From: Candidatus Zixiibacteriota bacterium
GTDB lineage: Bacteria; Zixibacteria; MSB-5A5; CAIYYT01
Length of the DNA stretch: 47,596 bases
Direction of reading: 5' to 3'
Assembly (NCBI GenBank): GCA_040235515.1
Contig: JBECKX010000208.1
Span: forward strand, 1 to 47,596
Shown: piece after piece, positions 47,449 through 47,596 of the stretch
How the letters are laid out: every line of letters starts with the position of its first letter
Position numbering within the stretch: the stretch's first letter is position 1
The notes under the pieces: model-generated
The model's input: only the letters and a program-made list of their open reading frames with translations
The model's database searches: none
Told to the model about the DNA's origin: nothing
Translations under genes and position numbers: made by a program

Positions 47449-47596
47449 TTACTCCGGGAATTGCGCCTTCAGCTCGCGGCTCAGCCAGGCGCGCGCCAGT
47501 CGCCAATCGCGACGGATAGTCGGTGCCGAAACATCAAGAACCGTGGCGATCTCTTCCTGGGTCAGGCCGCCGAAGAAGCGGTACTCTACGACTTTG
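47449..47596 (-). CDS. C-terminal part of an ECF sigma factor (ECF43/TIGR02999-like); truncated by the window edge
   Basis: Manual translation KVVEYRFFGGLTQEEIATVLDVSAPTIRRDWRLARAWLSRELKAQFPE*; directly upstream of the STK-TPR gene. Confidence 0.88.
   Translation of the reverse strand, partial: KVVEYRFFGGLTQEEIATVLDVSAPTIRRDWRLARAWLSRELKAQFPE

Overview
This is a gene-dense, GC-rich bacterial window from a diderm organism; an FCB-group or Zixibacteria-like host is my inference, not something the sequence proves. It contains no rRNA, tRNA, CRISPR array or transposase. Blocks from left to right: (1) a partial CarboxypepD_reg-domain outer-membrane gene, a secreted hypothetical, and divergent CDF and CNNM metal transporters; (2) a small AT-richer insert with a membrane protein and poly-proline micro-ORFs; (3) a minus-strand signalling operon with a 5-PAS/GAF histidine kinase, an Npt-type nucleotide translocase-HEAT gene split by an apparent frameshift, a cNMP-binding protein, a receiver-PP2C and a stand-alone receiver; (4) divergent from it, an Omp85-type barrel, an exported lipoprotein with protein-kinase-like motifs and a PAP2 phosphatase; (5) a two-component pair and a 7-heme cytochrome; (6) a compact OmcS-type cytochrome nanowire locus (NHL propeller, hexaheme OmcS homolog retaining the His16 inter-subunit ligand, beta-barrel, CsgG-like proteins, PPIase chaperone, 26- and 16-heme cytochromes) preceded by Rex/CRP-like palindromes; (7) an orphan PAAR-effector-immunity-DcrB module; (8) small accessory genes; (9) two tandem ECF sigma factor / Ser-Thr kinase pairs. 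The best candidates for new biology are the OmcS-like locus with its apparent redox-operator control, and the exported kinase-like/Omp85/PAP2 cluster facing the nucleotide translocase operon.
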